Origin: an uncultured Chitinophagaceae bacterium
GTDB lineage: Bacteria > Bacteroidota > Ignavibacteria > UBA10030 > UBA8401
Reading direction: 5' to 3'
DNA: 64,000 nucleotides
Assembly: GCA_964355925.1 (NCBI GenBank)
Contig: CAYHFN010000012.1
Location: 11,949 to 75,948, forward strand
The first letter of the stretch is position 1. Each line of letters starts with the position of its first letter. The notes beneath the pieces were generated by a model. It did not search any database. It saw nothing but the letters and a program-made list of their open reading frames with translations, and was not told where the DNA came from. Both the position numbers and the translations under genes were made by a program. This document shows positions 56,468 to 64,000 of the stretch, piece after piece.

Positions 56468-56586
56468 CTAAGTATAAGATCAATGAATAAAGCTGTTTAC
56501 AATAACGTTATATAAAAATCGTTCCAAAAATTATTCATTATAAACGGAACAAAAGGATGTTAATTTTTATAGTCTTAATTATTGAC

Positions 56587-56619
56587 GACGATAAACCGCC
56601 AGGATGACCATTTATCGTC
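56587..56619. promoter_or_regulatory. inverted repeat, candidate enhancer (UAS) site for the sigma-54 activator
   Basis: gacgataaa-N15-tttatcgtc has perfect 9-bp arms and lies about 60-95 nt upstream of the sigma-54-like promoter element. Confidence 0.3.
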
Positions 56620-56679
56620 AAACAAGGTACATTTTTTTCACTAAAAGTCTATTTTTAATGAAATATAGGTTATTGCAAA

Positions 56680-56695
56680 TGGCATATTATTTGCC
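56680..56695 (+). promoter_or_regulatory. candidate sigma-54 (-24/-12) promoter
   Basis: TGGCAT-attat-TTGCC compares with the consensus TGGCAC-N5-TTGCW, with GG and GC at the correct spacing. It lies 43 nt upstream of the ATG at 56738 and is divergent from the NtrC-type regulator operon. It also forms part of the palindrome aatggca-N7-tgccatt. Confidence 0.45.
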
Positions 56696-56737
56696 ATTAG
56701 TTTACAAAATCCATTAATATTATCGAAAGGAGCTATT

Positions 56738-57322
56738 ATGCAAGAAATTATTCCTCGCTGGGAATGGCGGACATTTACTAATGATCTGAAAAAAGCAGAA
56801 GAAAACATCCGCAAACATGCGGAAGGAAAATCGCGTGAAAGTGCCGAGGTTTATATACTATCCGAAGTGAGCATGGACAATACAAAAGTGCGCGATAACT
56901 TGATGGATATAAAAACTCTCCAACAGGTGAATGAAGATAGACTTGAACTTTGGCTCCCGATCATGAAAGGAACCTTTCCGCTGCCTGTTGCAGAGATCGA
57001 AAAAGTGTTCAAATGTTTCAGAGTGAGCGTTCCAAAGTTCCAACGCGATCAATACACTTTTGAACAATATCTCGAAGAAGTGATCCGTCCTTCAAAATTA
57101 TTGAAAGCGGTCAACGTACTAAAAAAACGTACCGGTTTCACAATTAACAATTGTATTGTTGAGATTGCTGAAGTGAAAGTGGACGACAAGTGGATTAAAA
57201 CTGCTGCTGTTGAAATGGAAGATCCTGCAATGGTCATCAAAACGGTACGTGAATTGGAACTTGATACATTTCCGAACATCAACTATCTGCGCGGTCTAAA
57301 GAACCTCGTTGGAATGAAATAA
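56738..57322 (+). CDS. hypothetical protein, possibly a degenerate CYTH-like domain
   Basis: The N-terminal RWEWRTF aligns positionally with the EIERKFL (ExExK) motif of the downstream CYTH protein, but acidic residues are lost. It has a beta-rich pattern and lies 11 nt upstream of the CYTH gene. Confidence 0.35.
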   Translation: MQEIIPRWEWRTFTNDLKKAEENIRKHAEGKSRESAEVYILSEVSMDNTKVRDNLMDIKTLQQVNEDRLELWLPIMKGTFPLPVAEIEKVFKCFRVSVPKFQRDQYTFEQYLEEVIRPSKLLKAVNVLKKRTGFTINNCIVEIAEVKVDDKWIKTAAVEMEDPAMVIKTVRELELDTFPNINYLRGLKNLVGMK

Positions 57323-57333
57323 GGAGATCCCGT

Positions 57334-57801
57334 ATGGCAAATGAAATTGAGCGAAAATTTTTAGTAAAGGGTGATTTTAAACCGTTTATCAGCAAACAAA
57401 CGCGTATCGTGCAGGGATATCTTTCATCTGTTCCCGAGCGCACAGTACGTGTTCGCATTAAAGGTGACAAAGGATTTCTTACAATAAAAGGAATTGGAAA
57501 TATTTCCGGTGCCAGCAGATATGAATGGGAAAAAGAAATTCCGATCACGGAAACGGAAGAGCTATTAAAAATTTGTGAACCGGGAGTGATTGATAAAACC
57601 AGATTTATGGTAAAAGCAGGCCCGCACACATTTGAAGTTGATGAATTCTACGGAGAGAACAATGGGCTTGTTGTTGCGGAGATTGAATTAGGATCGGAAA
57701 CGGAATCGTTTGAAAGACCATCGTGGCTGGGAGAAGAAGTTACCGGTGATACAAAATACTATAATTCAATGTTGATGAAGAATCCATTCACACGATGGTG
57801 A
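57334..57801 (+). CDS. CYTH-domain protein (triphosphate tunnel metalloenzyme; CyaB/ThTPase family)
   Basis: MANEIERKFLV is the ExExK signature. VRVRIKGDKGFLTIKG, YEWEKEI and VAEIEL are also present. Confidence 0.8.
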   Translation: MANEIERKFLVKGDFKPFISKQTRIVQGYLSSVPERTVRVRIKGDKGFLTIKGIGNISGASRYEWEKEIPITETEELLKICEPGVIDKTRFMVKAGPHTFEVDEFYGENNGLVVAEIELGSETESFERPSWLGEEVTGDTKYYNSMLMKNPFTRW

Positions 57802-57852
57802 TCTTTCATTCATTGATAGAATGATAATAATAATAATTTCAATGAGAATATC

Positions 57853-59448
57853 ATGACTTCATTTGATCCGTTCAATATGCAAAATTATCGTATTGAACGG
57901 TTACCCAAACGCGAAAAGGGAGCAATAGAAAAATGGCTCGCCATTTCAGGTCCGCTGCTAGCTGTTATCGCATTTATTCTATTTGCATATGTGATCAAAC
58001 TTCCATTCCTGCACTCCATTCAATCTTCCGATATCGTTACCGATGCTGCCAAAAAAGTATTCTCTCAAGTTGGTGCAGAACAGTTCATCCGAAGCAATGA
58101 ATACATGCTTGCCATTTTTATTTCATCCATCATTTTGTGGATGACACAGGCAATTCCAAACTATCTCACCTCGCTGATACTGATCATTAGTCTTGTTCTT
58201 ACCGGCGTTTTGTCGGAGAAAACAGCGTATGCACAGCTCGGACATCCGGTGATGTGGTTGAACATTATGTCGTTCGTTCTCGCCAGTATGCTTGTTGTTA
58301 CGGGGCTTGCAAAACGATTTGCGTTGTGGTTGATTCTCCGATTCGGGAAAAATGCCAGTACAATCTTTTTAAGTTTTATCGTGATCAATATGATCTTATC
58401 TGCATTCATCTCTGCAACAACTGCGAAAGCAGCTATTTTACTACCAATCTTTATGGTGATCGCCGCAGTGTACGGAGCTCAGGGAGGAAAGAATAGAAAT
58501 AATTTCGGTCGAAGTATTGTACTGCAAAATCTCCTTTGCATCAATCTTGGTGCCGGGGCATTCGTTACTGGATCCGGCGCGAATCTGCTGGGTGCCGCCT
58601 TGATCGGTGGAGCGATAAGCGGTAGTGTTTTTTTTGCAGATTGGATGTTAGCAATGTTTCCATTTATGCTAACAATGATGTTCATCGGATACATCGTTGC
58701 AATGAAGATTTATTTTCCACTCTCTCCGAAAGAACGTCTGCCGCAGATCGAAGGAGGAATGGAGAGATTGCGAGATGAATATAAAAAACTCGGCCCTGTA
58801 ACAATGCTTGAAAAAAAATCAGCAATAATTTTCATCGCTATTCTTGGATTTTGGGCAACGGATAGTGTACATGGAATTAGTCCGACAGCTGTGGCTTTTG
58901 TTGGAGCAATCGTCGCATTACTGCCAAAATATGGAATAGTGGAATGGAATGAAGTTGATGTTCCCTGGCATCTGATGCTGTTCTCAGCAGGAGCATATAC
59001 ACTTGGAGCAGGACTTGATGCTACCGATCTTCCGGCGATCAGCGTCAATGCGTTCTTTAATCGCATAGGAATTGGTAATTCGACAGAATTTTGGGTTTTG
59101 TATCTATCATTGACCGGATTAATGATTTTCAGTGCATTGCTGTTCCAATCCAAAACAATGCGTGCGATGATTTTCATCCCGATCGCAATCGGCGTTGCAA
59201 ATAGATTTGGATTTGCAGTAATCAGCTTGGCATTACCCGTTGCATTTATGATCGAACATGTTTATGTGCTTCCGTTCAACAGCAAACCCGCTGCATTGTT
59301 GTATGAAACCGATCAATATAGTATGGCGGATACATTCAAATTTGGTTTAACAATGATGGTGATTGCCTGGTTATTGAATATCGTTGCAGGAGAAACGTGG
59401 TTCCGATATCTCGGCATTACGCCGAACGGTGTATTTGGATTATTCTAA
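57853..59448 (+). CDS. DASS/SLC13-type (ArsB/NhaD superfamily) anion permease
   Basis: 531 aa and polytopic, with two similar halves. The TAKAAILLPI and VYVLPFNSKPAA segments are hairpin-like motifs of the DASS/citrate-transporter-like families. Confidence 0.65.
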   Translation: MTSFDPFNMQNYRIERLPKREKGAIEKWLAISGPLLAVIAFILFAYVIKLPFLHSIQSSDIVTDAAKKVFSQVGAEQFIRSNEYMLAIFISSIILWMTQAIPNYLTSLILIISLVLTGVLSEKTAYAQLGHPVMWLNIMSFVLASMLVVTGLAKRFALWLILRFGKNASTIFLSFIVINMILSAFISATTAKAAILLPIFMVIAAVYGAQGGKNRNNFGRSIVLQNLLCINLGAGAFVTGSGANLLGAALIGGAISGSVFFADWMLAMFPFMLTMMFIGYIVAMKIYFPLSPKERLPQIEGGMERLRDEYKKLGPVTMLEKKSAIIFIAILGFWATDSVHGISPTAVAFVGAIVALLPKYGIVEWNEVDVPWHLMLFSAGAYTLGAGLDATDLPAISVNAFFNRIGIGNSTEFWVLYLSLTGLMIFSALLFQSKTMRAMIFIPIAIGVANRFGFAVISLALPVAFMIEHVYVLPFNSKPAALLYETDQYSMADTFKFGLTMMVIAWLLNIVAGETWFRYLGITPNGVFGLF

Positions 59449-59465
59449 CAAAAGCAGAGGATACA

Positions 59466-60110
59466 ATGTCTTTATTTTTTAAAAACACTTCAAAGCTGGA
59501 AGCACAGATCGATGAATATCTCGATTTGGTGATTAAAGGCGGTCTGGTTTTTCGCCAGGGAATAAAATGTTATCTCGATCATCAGACGGAAGAGTTCGAA
59601 AATTACTTGAAAGAACTTCGGAAAACGGAAGAACGGGCAGATGATCTTCGACGAAATATTGAAATTAAATTATATACAAGAACGCTAATCCCCGAAGCGC
59701 GCGGCGATGTGTTGGGTCTTATGGAAAGCTGTGACAAAGCTTTGAATATTACGACCGAAACATTACTGGAATTTTCTGTTGAAATCCCAAAGATCATTCC
59801 CGAACATCGGCAGGATTTTCTTGATCTATGCGAAAGCTCTGTAGCATGTCTTGAAAACACGGTCAGTGGAATTCGATCATACTTCAAAAATATCGATGCT
59901 GTTCGAGATTACGTAACAAAAGTTCAGTTCTATAAGAAAGAGACGAACAAAATTGCGGAAAAAATAAAACGCTCCGCATTTAGAACCGATGATGAACTGA
60001 GTCAAAAGATCCATATCCGATATTTTACATTTCATATCGAACGTATTGCAGAACAATCTGAAGATGTGTGTGACCGGCTTTCGATCGCAATTATTAAAAG
60101 GTTTGAATAG
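59466..60110 (+). CDS. DUF47 (PhoU-like, TIGR00153) phosphate-transport regulator
   Basis: I chose the start at MSLFFKNTSKLEAQIDEYLD. It is predicted as a helical bundle and ends ERIAEQSEDVCDRLSIAIIK. It lies immediately upstream of and abuts a PiT gene, which is the classic pairing. Confidence 0.75.
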   Translation: MSLFFKNTSKLEAQIDEYLDLVIKGGLVFRQGIKCYLDHQTEEFENYLKELRKTEERADDLRRNIEIKLYTRTLIPEARGDVLGLMESCDKALNITTETLLEFSVEIPKIIPEHRQDFLDLCESSVACLENTVSGIRSYFKNIDAVRDYVTKVQFYKKETNKIAEKIKRSAFRTDDELSQKIHIRYFTFHIERIAEQSEDVCDRLSIAIIKRFE

Positions 60111-61597
60111 TGGTTGATATTTCTATTTGGTTCTTTATCTCCAGTGGATTGTTTTTGGGCTGGTCACTTGGTGCAAACCACGCAGTGAATGTCTTTGGCA
60201 CCGCTGTAGTATCCAAGATGGTTAAGTTTCGATCGGCGGCACTGATTGCCGGTGTCTTTGTCATTCTTGGATCGGTGATCAGCGGTTCCGGAACAACGAG
60301 GACCATTGCGGAATTAGGTCCGATCAATGCGATAGCCGGAAGTTTTTCTGTTGCTCTTGCTGTCGGAATTTCTATTACCGCAATGACTCGCTATAAACTT
60401 CCGGTATCGACATCGCAGGCAGTGATAGGAGCAATTATCGGATGGAATATTTTTACCGGCTCACCGACTGATCTTGGATCATTGAGCAGAATCATCTCCA
60501 GTTGGATTGCATCGCCGATCATTGCCGGAATTTTCGGCTATCTTATATTTATTGTTTTAAAAAGAACCGTGTTGAAATGGAGGATCCACTTGCTGGAATT
60601 GGATCAATATACGCGTGTCGGTTTGATTATTGTTGGAGCATTAGCATCATATTCGCTGGGAGCGAACAACATTGCCAATGTTATGGGGATGTTTATATTT
60701 GCACCATTGTTTAGCGATCACACTATTGCCGGGATTGTTACAATAACAGGAGTTCAGCAATTGTTCTTCCTTGGCGGTGTTGCAATTGCAATCGGAATAT
60801 TTACGTATGGCAGAAGTGTTATGGAAACAGTCGGAAACGATCTCTATAAAATTTCCCCGCTTACAGGTTTTGTTGTGGTCTTTGCAGAATTTTTGGTTCT
60901 TACTTTATTCACATCGGAAACGATAGAGTCTTTTTTATTGAGCATTAATCTACCCTCAATTCCATTGGTTCCGCTTTCTACAACGCAGGCGTTCATCGGA
61001 GCAATTCTAGGTGTTGGATTGGCAAAAGATCCTCACTCTATCAATTTTAAAGTTTTAGGAAAAATTGCCCTTGGCTGGGTGATTGCCCCGATCAGCGCTG
61101 GTTTGATCACATTTGTTTCATTGTTTTTTATCCAAAATGTTTTTGAGCAAAACATCATTTATCCTGTTCCGTATGAAATTTCAAAATCCGTTCTTAATGA
61201 ACTTGACCGCGAAGGAGTCCCAGTTGAAAATATAAAACAGATAATTGGGAAGAGGTTCTATAATAAAAAAGTGCTTCGAAACGAATTATTAAAACGGCAT
61301 AATTATACGAACGCTCAGATCTATTCCATTTTTCAATATGCAATTATCGACAGCTTTCGAGTTGATTCGGCACTGGTTCTTTTGAATCTTTCAAACAGTT
61401 TCTTGTCCGATGAGCAAATTACTACTTTAAAATCGAATCATGGGAAGACATTTCGACATAAGATCGATTTCGAGATTTTTCTGTCTAACAAAAAAATCGA
61501 GTTTATCCCGACGGGAAATAAATTATTTGATAAACGAATTGAAGAGAATAAATTGTTAGTAGAAAAAATATTTAGGGTTACAACGAAAAATAAATAA
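60110..61597 (+). CDS. PiT-family inorganic phosphate transporter with a roughly 150-aa C-terminal soluble extension
   Basis: GTG start overlapping the upstream stop. The two PiT signature repeats are GANHAVNVFGTAV and GANNIANVMG. The TM region ends near residue 345 and is followed by a charged tail. Confidence 0.8.
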   Translation: MVDISIWFFISSGLFLGWSLGANHAVNVFGTAVVSKMVKFRSAALIAGVFVILGSVISGSGTTRTIAELGPINAIAGSFSVALAVGISITAMTRYKLPVSTSQAVIGAIIGWNIFTGSPTDLGSLSRIISSWIASPIIAGIFGYLIFIVLKRTVLKWRIHLLELDQYTRVGLIIVGALASYSLGANNIANVMGMFIFAPLFSDHTIAGIVTITGVQQLFFLGGVAIAIGIFTYGRSVMETVGNDLYKISPLTGFVVVFAEFLVLTLFTSETIESFLLSINLPSIPLVPLSTTQAFIGAILGVGLAKDPHSINFKVLGKIALGWVIAPISAGLITFVSLFFIQNVFEQNIIYPVPYEISKSVLNELDREGVPVENIKQIIGKRFYNKKVLRNELLKRHNYTNAQIYSIFQYAIIDSFRVDSALVLLNLSNSFLSDEQITTLKSNHGKTFRHKIDFEIFLSNKKIEFIPTGNKLFDKRIEENKLLVEKIFRVTTKNK

Positions 61598-61654
61598 CTG
61601 TTTCAGATTTAACAACATCATAATTTTTATACACTATTTAAAACTGGAGTTATT

Positions 61655-62935
61655 ATGAACATCCGTCAAAGATTAAGAAGTATTTTTGTTTTGGCGTGTC
61701 TTGCAACAATGAGTTCCATGATATTGGCTCAAGATTCACGCATTCCCGGTGGTGATCAAAAAGTACCATTGGGTGCCGAAGTTCGAAACGGTAAACTGGT
61801 GTTCGCATCGGAAGATGGGGAATATCGTTGGTGGTTCGATTCACGAATTCAATTAGATGGTGCAATGTATTTTGAGAATAAAAATGCAATGAGCAATGGA
61901 TTCACATTCCGTCGGTTGACTTTCGCAATGAAATCTCTGCTTACGAAAGATTGGGAAGCAGAGTTGGATCTTGATTTTGCAGAACAGGTTTCAACAAAAT
62001 CTCAACTGGAATTGCGTGATGCATGGATAAAATATACCGTTCCGGATGTGAATCTCTCTTTTCAAGTAGGACATTTCAAGGAACCATTTGGAATGGAGCG
62101 TTTGAATAGTTCTCGGTTATTGATCTTTTTAGAACGCTCTTCAATTTCTAATGCTCTTCCGTTAGGCAGAAGAGTCGGTCTGTCAGGGCGATATTGGACA
62201 GATTATGCACAGGTAACAGCAGCAGTTATGGGGCATGAAATGGGAACTAGAATTGACAAAGGACAGAGAGATGAAGGTTTTTCTACAAATCTTCGTATGT
62301 CCGTTGCTCCAATCAACGAGCATGGTATGAATCTCCATATTGGACTTGCCGGTTCATACAAAACTCCAGATGCAACTGCCGAACTGAATGCAAATACCAT
62401 CGAGATCAGTTCGAGAACCGAAACTTATGTTTCCAATCCAAAATTACTTCATTCCGGTGATATTGCAGACGTGAATTATTACAATCGATATGGTGCAGAA
62501 TTAGCATTTATTATGGGCTCTTTTTATGCTCAAACTGAATATATGGGAACAAAGATCATTCGCTGGTACGGAAAAGAGGATGTAGATATGTCGGGTGGAT
62601 ATTTGACAGCGACATGGATTGTGACTGGTGAAACGCGCTACTATTATGTTGATGAAGGAGAAGTTGGTCCTATTGAATCTCCAACACATTCGTGGGGTGC
62701 ATTAGAATTAGCAGCTCGATACAGCATTACGGATCTGAATGATCTTCCTGCAGGTATTCATGGCGGGAAATCGAATCAATTGATGCTCGGTGTGAATTAC
62801 TATCCGAATATAAACATTAAACTGCAATTCAATTATTCACAGGTTGATCTCGATCAATATGCAACACGGAAAGGAAATTTGATCGGCAATGACGATCATT
62901 CATTCATTCAAATGAGATTCCAAGCATCATTCTAA
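61655..62935 (+). CDS. phosphate-selective porin OprO/OprP family
   Basis: It has a signal peptide. Family-style segments are RIQLDG..YFEN, F.FRR.T, DAWIKY, GHFKEPFGMERL.SSR...FLERS and a C-terminal F. Confidence 0.7.
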   Translation: MNIRQRLRSIFVLACLATMSSMILAQDSRIPGGDQKVPLGAEVRNGKLVFASEDGEYRWWFDSRIQLDGAMYFENKNAMSNGFTFRRLTFAMKSLLTKDWEAELDLDFAEQVSTKSQLELRDAWIKYTVPDVNLSFQVGHFKEPFGMERLNSSRLLIFLERSSISNALPLGRRVGLSGRYWTDYAQVTAAVMGHEMGTRIDKGQRDEGFSTNLRMSVAPINEHGMNLHIGLAGSYKTPDATAELNANTIEISSRTETYVSNPKLLHSGDIADVNYYNRYGAELAFIMGSFYAQTEYMGTKIIRWYGKEDVDMSGGYLTATWIVTGETRYYYVDEGEVGPIESPTHSWGALELAARYSITDLNDLPAGIHGGKSNQLMLGVNYYPNINIKLQFNYSQVDLDQYATRKGNLIGNDDHSFIQMRFQASF

Positions 62936-62953
62936 CCAAGAGGAAAAAATAAT

Positions 62954-63865
62954 ATGAAAACATTTTTGAGCATTATCATTCCTGTTGTCTTCGCCGGCTT
63001 CTTCTTCTCGTGCTCTCGAACCGAACCGGCACCTTCAGGACCCCCGACTGTTGAGGTCGTTTCGGTAAAAGTAAATGAAGTCTATACTCGCGGAATTCCC
63101 TCCAGCCCTGACTGGATTGAAATCTATAATCCAAATTCGTCCTCCGTTGATATCGGCGGATATAAGGTCTATAATCTTGTCGGAAAAAACGGTACAAAAC
63201 CGAAGAAAATGATTCCAGCCGGAACATCCATAGCAGGGAAGAGCCTTTATGTAGTGATCGTGAACGATACTGTATCGACCAGTGGCTTCGATCTTTCAGC
63301 GGCTGGAGAAACCGTATGGTTTGAAAACGGCAGCGGAACAATCATCGACAGTGTGTTAACACCTGTCCTTGGCATTGATTCGTCCTATGCTCGAAAACCG
63401 GATGGTGCAAGCACCTGGGCAACGGTGACACCTCCGACAAAAGGTACAGCAAACTCCATTCTTCCGATCGTGATGAATGAGATTTTTTCACGGGGAGTTC
63501 CCGGAGATCTTGATTGGATTGAGATCTACAATCCCAACATTACATCTATTGATGTTGGCGGATATAAAATCTATGATGTAGGGGGACAGAGCGGAGTAAA
63601 ACCGAAGAAAGAAATACCTTCTGGAACCAGTATTCCCGGTAAAGGATTTTTTGTGATTACCGTTGATACGGCAGATGCTTCCGGATTTGGATTGTCCAGT
63701 GCAGGTGAAGCTGCGTGGTTGGAAAATGCCAATGGAAATATCATAGATAATGTAACGTTCCCGGCAATGCCTGTCGCAACTTCATCATACGGAAGAGTTC
63801 CAAACGGTTCATCAACATGGCAAATAATGAATACGATATCAAAAGGCGGATCGAACGTGCCATAA
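62954..63865 (+). CDS. lipoprotein with two tandem lamin-tail domains (LTD)
   Basis: The lipobox is FFFSC. There are two about 140-aa repeats: VNEVYTRGIPSSPDWIEIYNPNSSSVDIGGYKVYN...KPKK.IP.GTSI.GK...V and MNEIFSRGVPGDLDWIEIYNPNITSIDVGGYKIYD...KPKKEIPSGTSIPGK. Confidence 0.7.
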   Translation: MKTFLSIIIPVVFAGFFFSCSRTEPAPSGPPTVEVVSVKVNEVYTRGIPSSPDWIEIYNPNSSSVDIGGYKVYNLVGKNGTKPKKMIPAGTSIAGKSLYVVIVNDTVSTSGFDLSAAGETVWFENGSGTIIDSVLTPVLGIDSSYARKPDGASTWATVTPPTKGTANSILPIVMNEIFSRGVPGDLDWIEIYNPNITSIDVGGYKIYDVGGQSGVKPKKEIPSGTSIPGKGFFVITVDTADASGFGLSSAGEAAWLENANGNIIDNVTFPAMPVATSSYGRVPNGSSTWQIMNTISKGGSNVP

Positions 63866-63873
63866 CAAGAATT

Positions 63874-63908
63874 AGGGAAGCTTTCATTATGATAATGAAT
63901 GCTTCCCT
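63874..63908 (+). terminator. hairpin, possible terminator of the phosphate operon
   Basis: agggaagctttcatt-atgat-aatgaatgcttccct forms a 15-bp stem with one mismatch, followed by a T-rich tract. Confidence 0.4.
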
Positions 63909-63926
63909 TTATTTAATGGACTTATT

Positions 63927-64000
63927 GTGATTGGTTGTCTCAAAAAATATATTGTTGTGTTCTTTTGTGTCAGTCCTGCATTCATCGGATGCGAACGAGA
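63927..64000 (+). CDS. possible 5' end of a lipoprotein gene (truncated by the window end)
   Basis: A GTG start gives VIGCLKKYIVVFFCVSPAFIGCER, which is signal- and lipobox-like. It is too short to confirm. Confidence 0.2.
   Translation, partial: MIGCLKKYIVVFFCVSPAFIGCER

Noticed and set aside
1-64000. Search for mobile elements, prophage, defence-system, tRNA or rRNA genes
   Set aside because: I saw no integrase, transposase, recombinase, phage structural, restriction, toxin-antitoxin-like or Cas-like translations among ORFs of 60 aa or more. I saw no tRNA-like cloverleaf or rRNA-like stretch in the few intergenic regions. Only short REP/MITE-like modules are present. This rests on visual inspection only; tRNAscan, Infernal, DefenseFinder or PADLOC would be decisive.

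Overview
This is an AT-rich, almost fully coding bacterial chromosome segment. By eye I found no rRNA, tRNA, CRISPR array, transposase or integrase. At least five predicted secreted proteins end in a type IX secretion (T9SS) C-terminal sorting domain (the NYPNPFNPST... type), and a PorV/PorQ-like barrel is present. The source is therefore probably a member of the FCB superphylum, Ignavibacteria- or Bacteroidota-like (inference). Layout: (1) 1-4.4 kb holds housekeeping genes: the etfA 3' end, a BFN/UVR nuclease, pdxJ, an Omp85-type barrel and a YbbR-like protein. (2) 4.4-22 kb is a mosaic surface-polysaccharide/LPS locus. It encodes YfhO, FkbM, an acetyltransferase, WbsX, a flippase, a CgeB-like protein, a PIG-L deacetylase, an LpxD-like acyltransferase, methyltransferases, FdtA/FdtB-like enzymes, a GT4 and KdsC, and is punctuated by GC-rich palindromic repeat modules. 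(3) 22-31.6 kb holds a DUF1800/DUF1501 pair (Tat-like signal plus T9SS domain) and several secreted phospho-hydrolases. (4) 31.7-45.9 kb is the most interesting region. It looks like a PUL-like locus without SusC/SusD, coupled to TonB and T9SS, and built around two cyanophycinase-type S51 peptidases. One has only a Sec signal and the other is T9SS-sorted with a degenerate duplicated S51 domain. The locus also encodes a cytoplasmic M20 peptidase, a YfcC-type permease, a TonB-dependent receptor, an unknown 653-aa cargo protein, a PorV-like barrel, a beta-helix cargo protein and an RpiR regulator. I propose it is an extracellular cyanophycin (beta-Asp-Arg polymer) utilisation system. (5) 45.9-51.5 kb is an adjacent operon: ornithine carbamoyltransferase, carbamate kinase, aspartate carbamoyltransferase, ornithine aminotransferase and a cDPGS-like P-loop protein, with no arginine deiminase or arginase in the window. 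(6) 51.5-52.7 kb encodes a fused tandem adenylate kinase whose second P-loop is degenerate. (7) 52.7-63.9 kb holds an operon for a PhnD-like binding protein, a histidine kinase and a sigma-54 response regulator. It is divergent from a candidate sigma-54 promoter that drives a CYTH pair, a DASS permease, DUF47-PiT, an OprO/P porin and a lamin-tail-domain lipoprotein. All family assignments come from reading motifs in the supplied translations; no database search was run.
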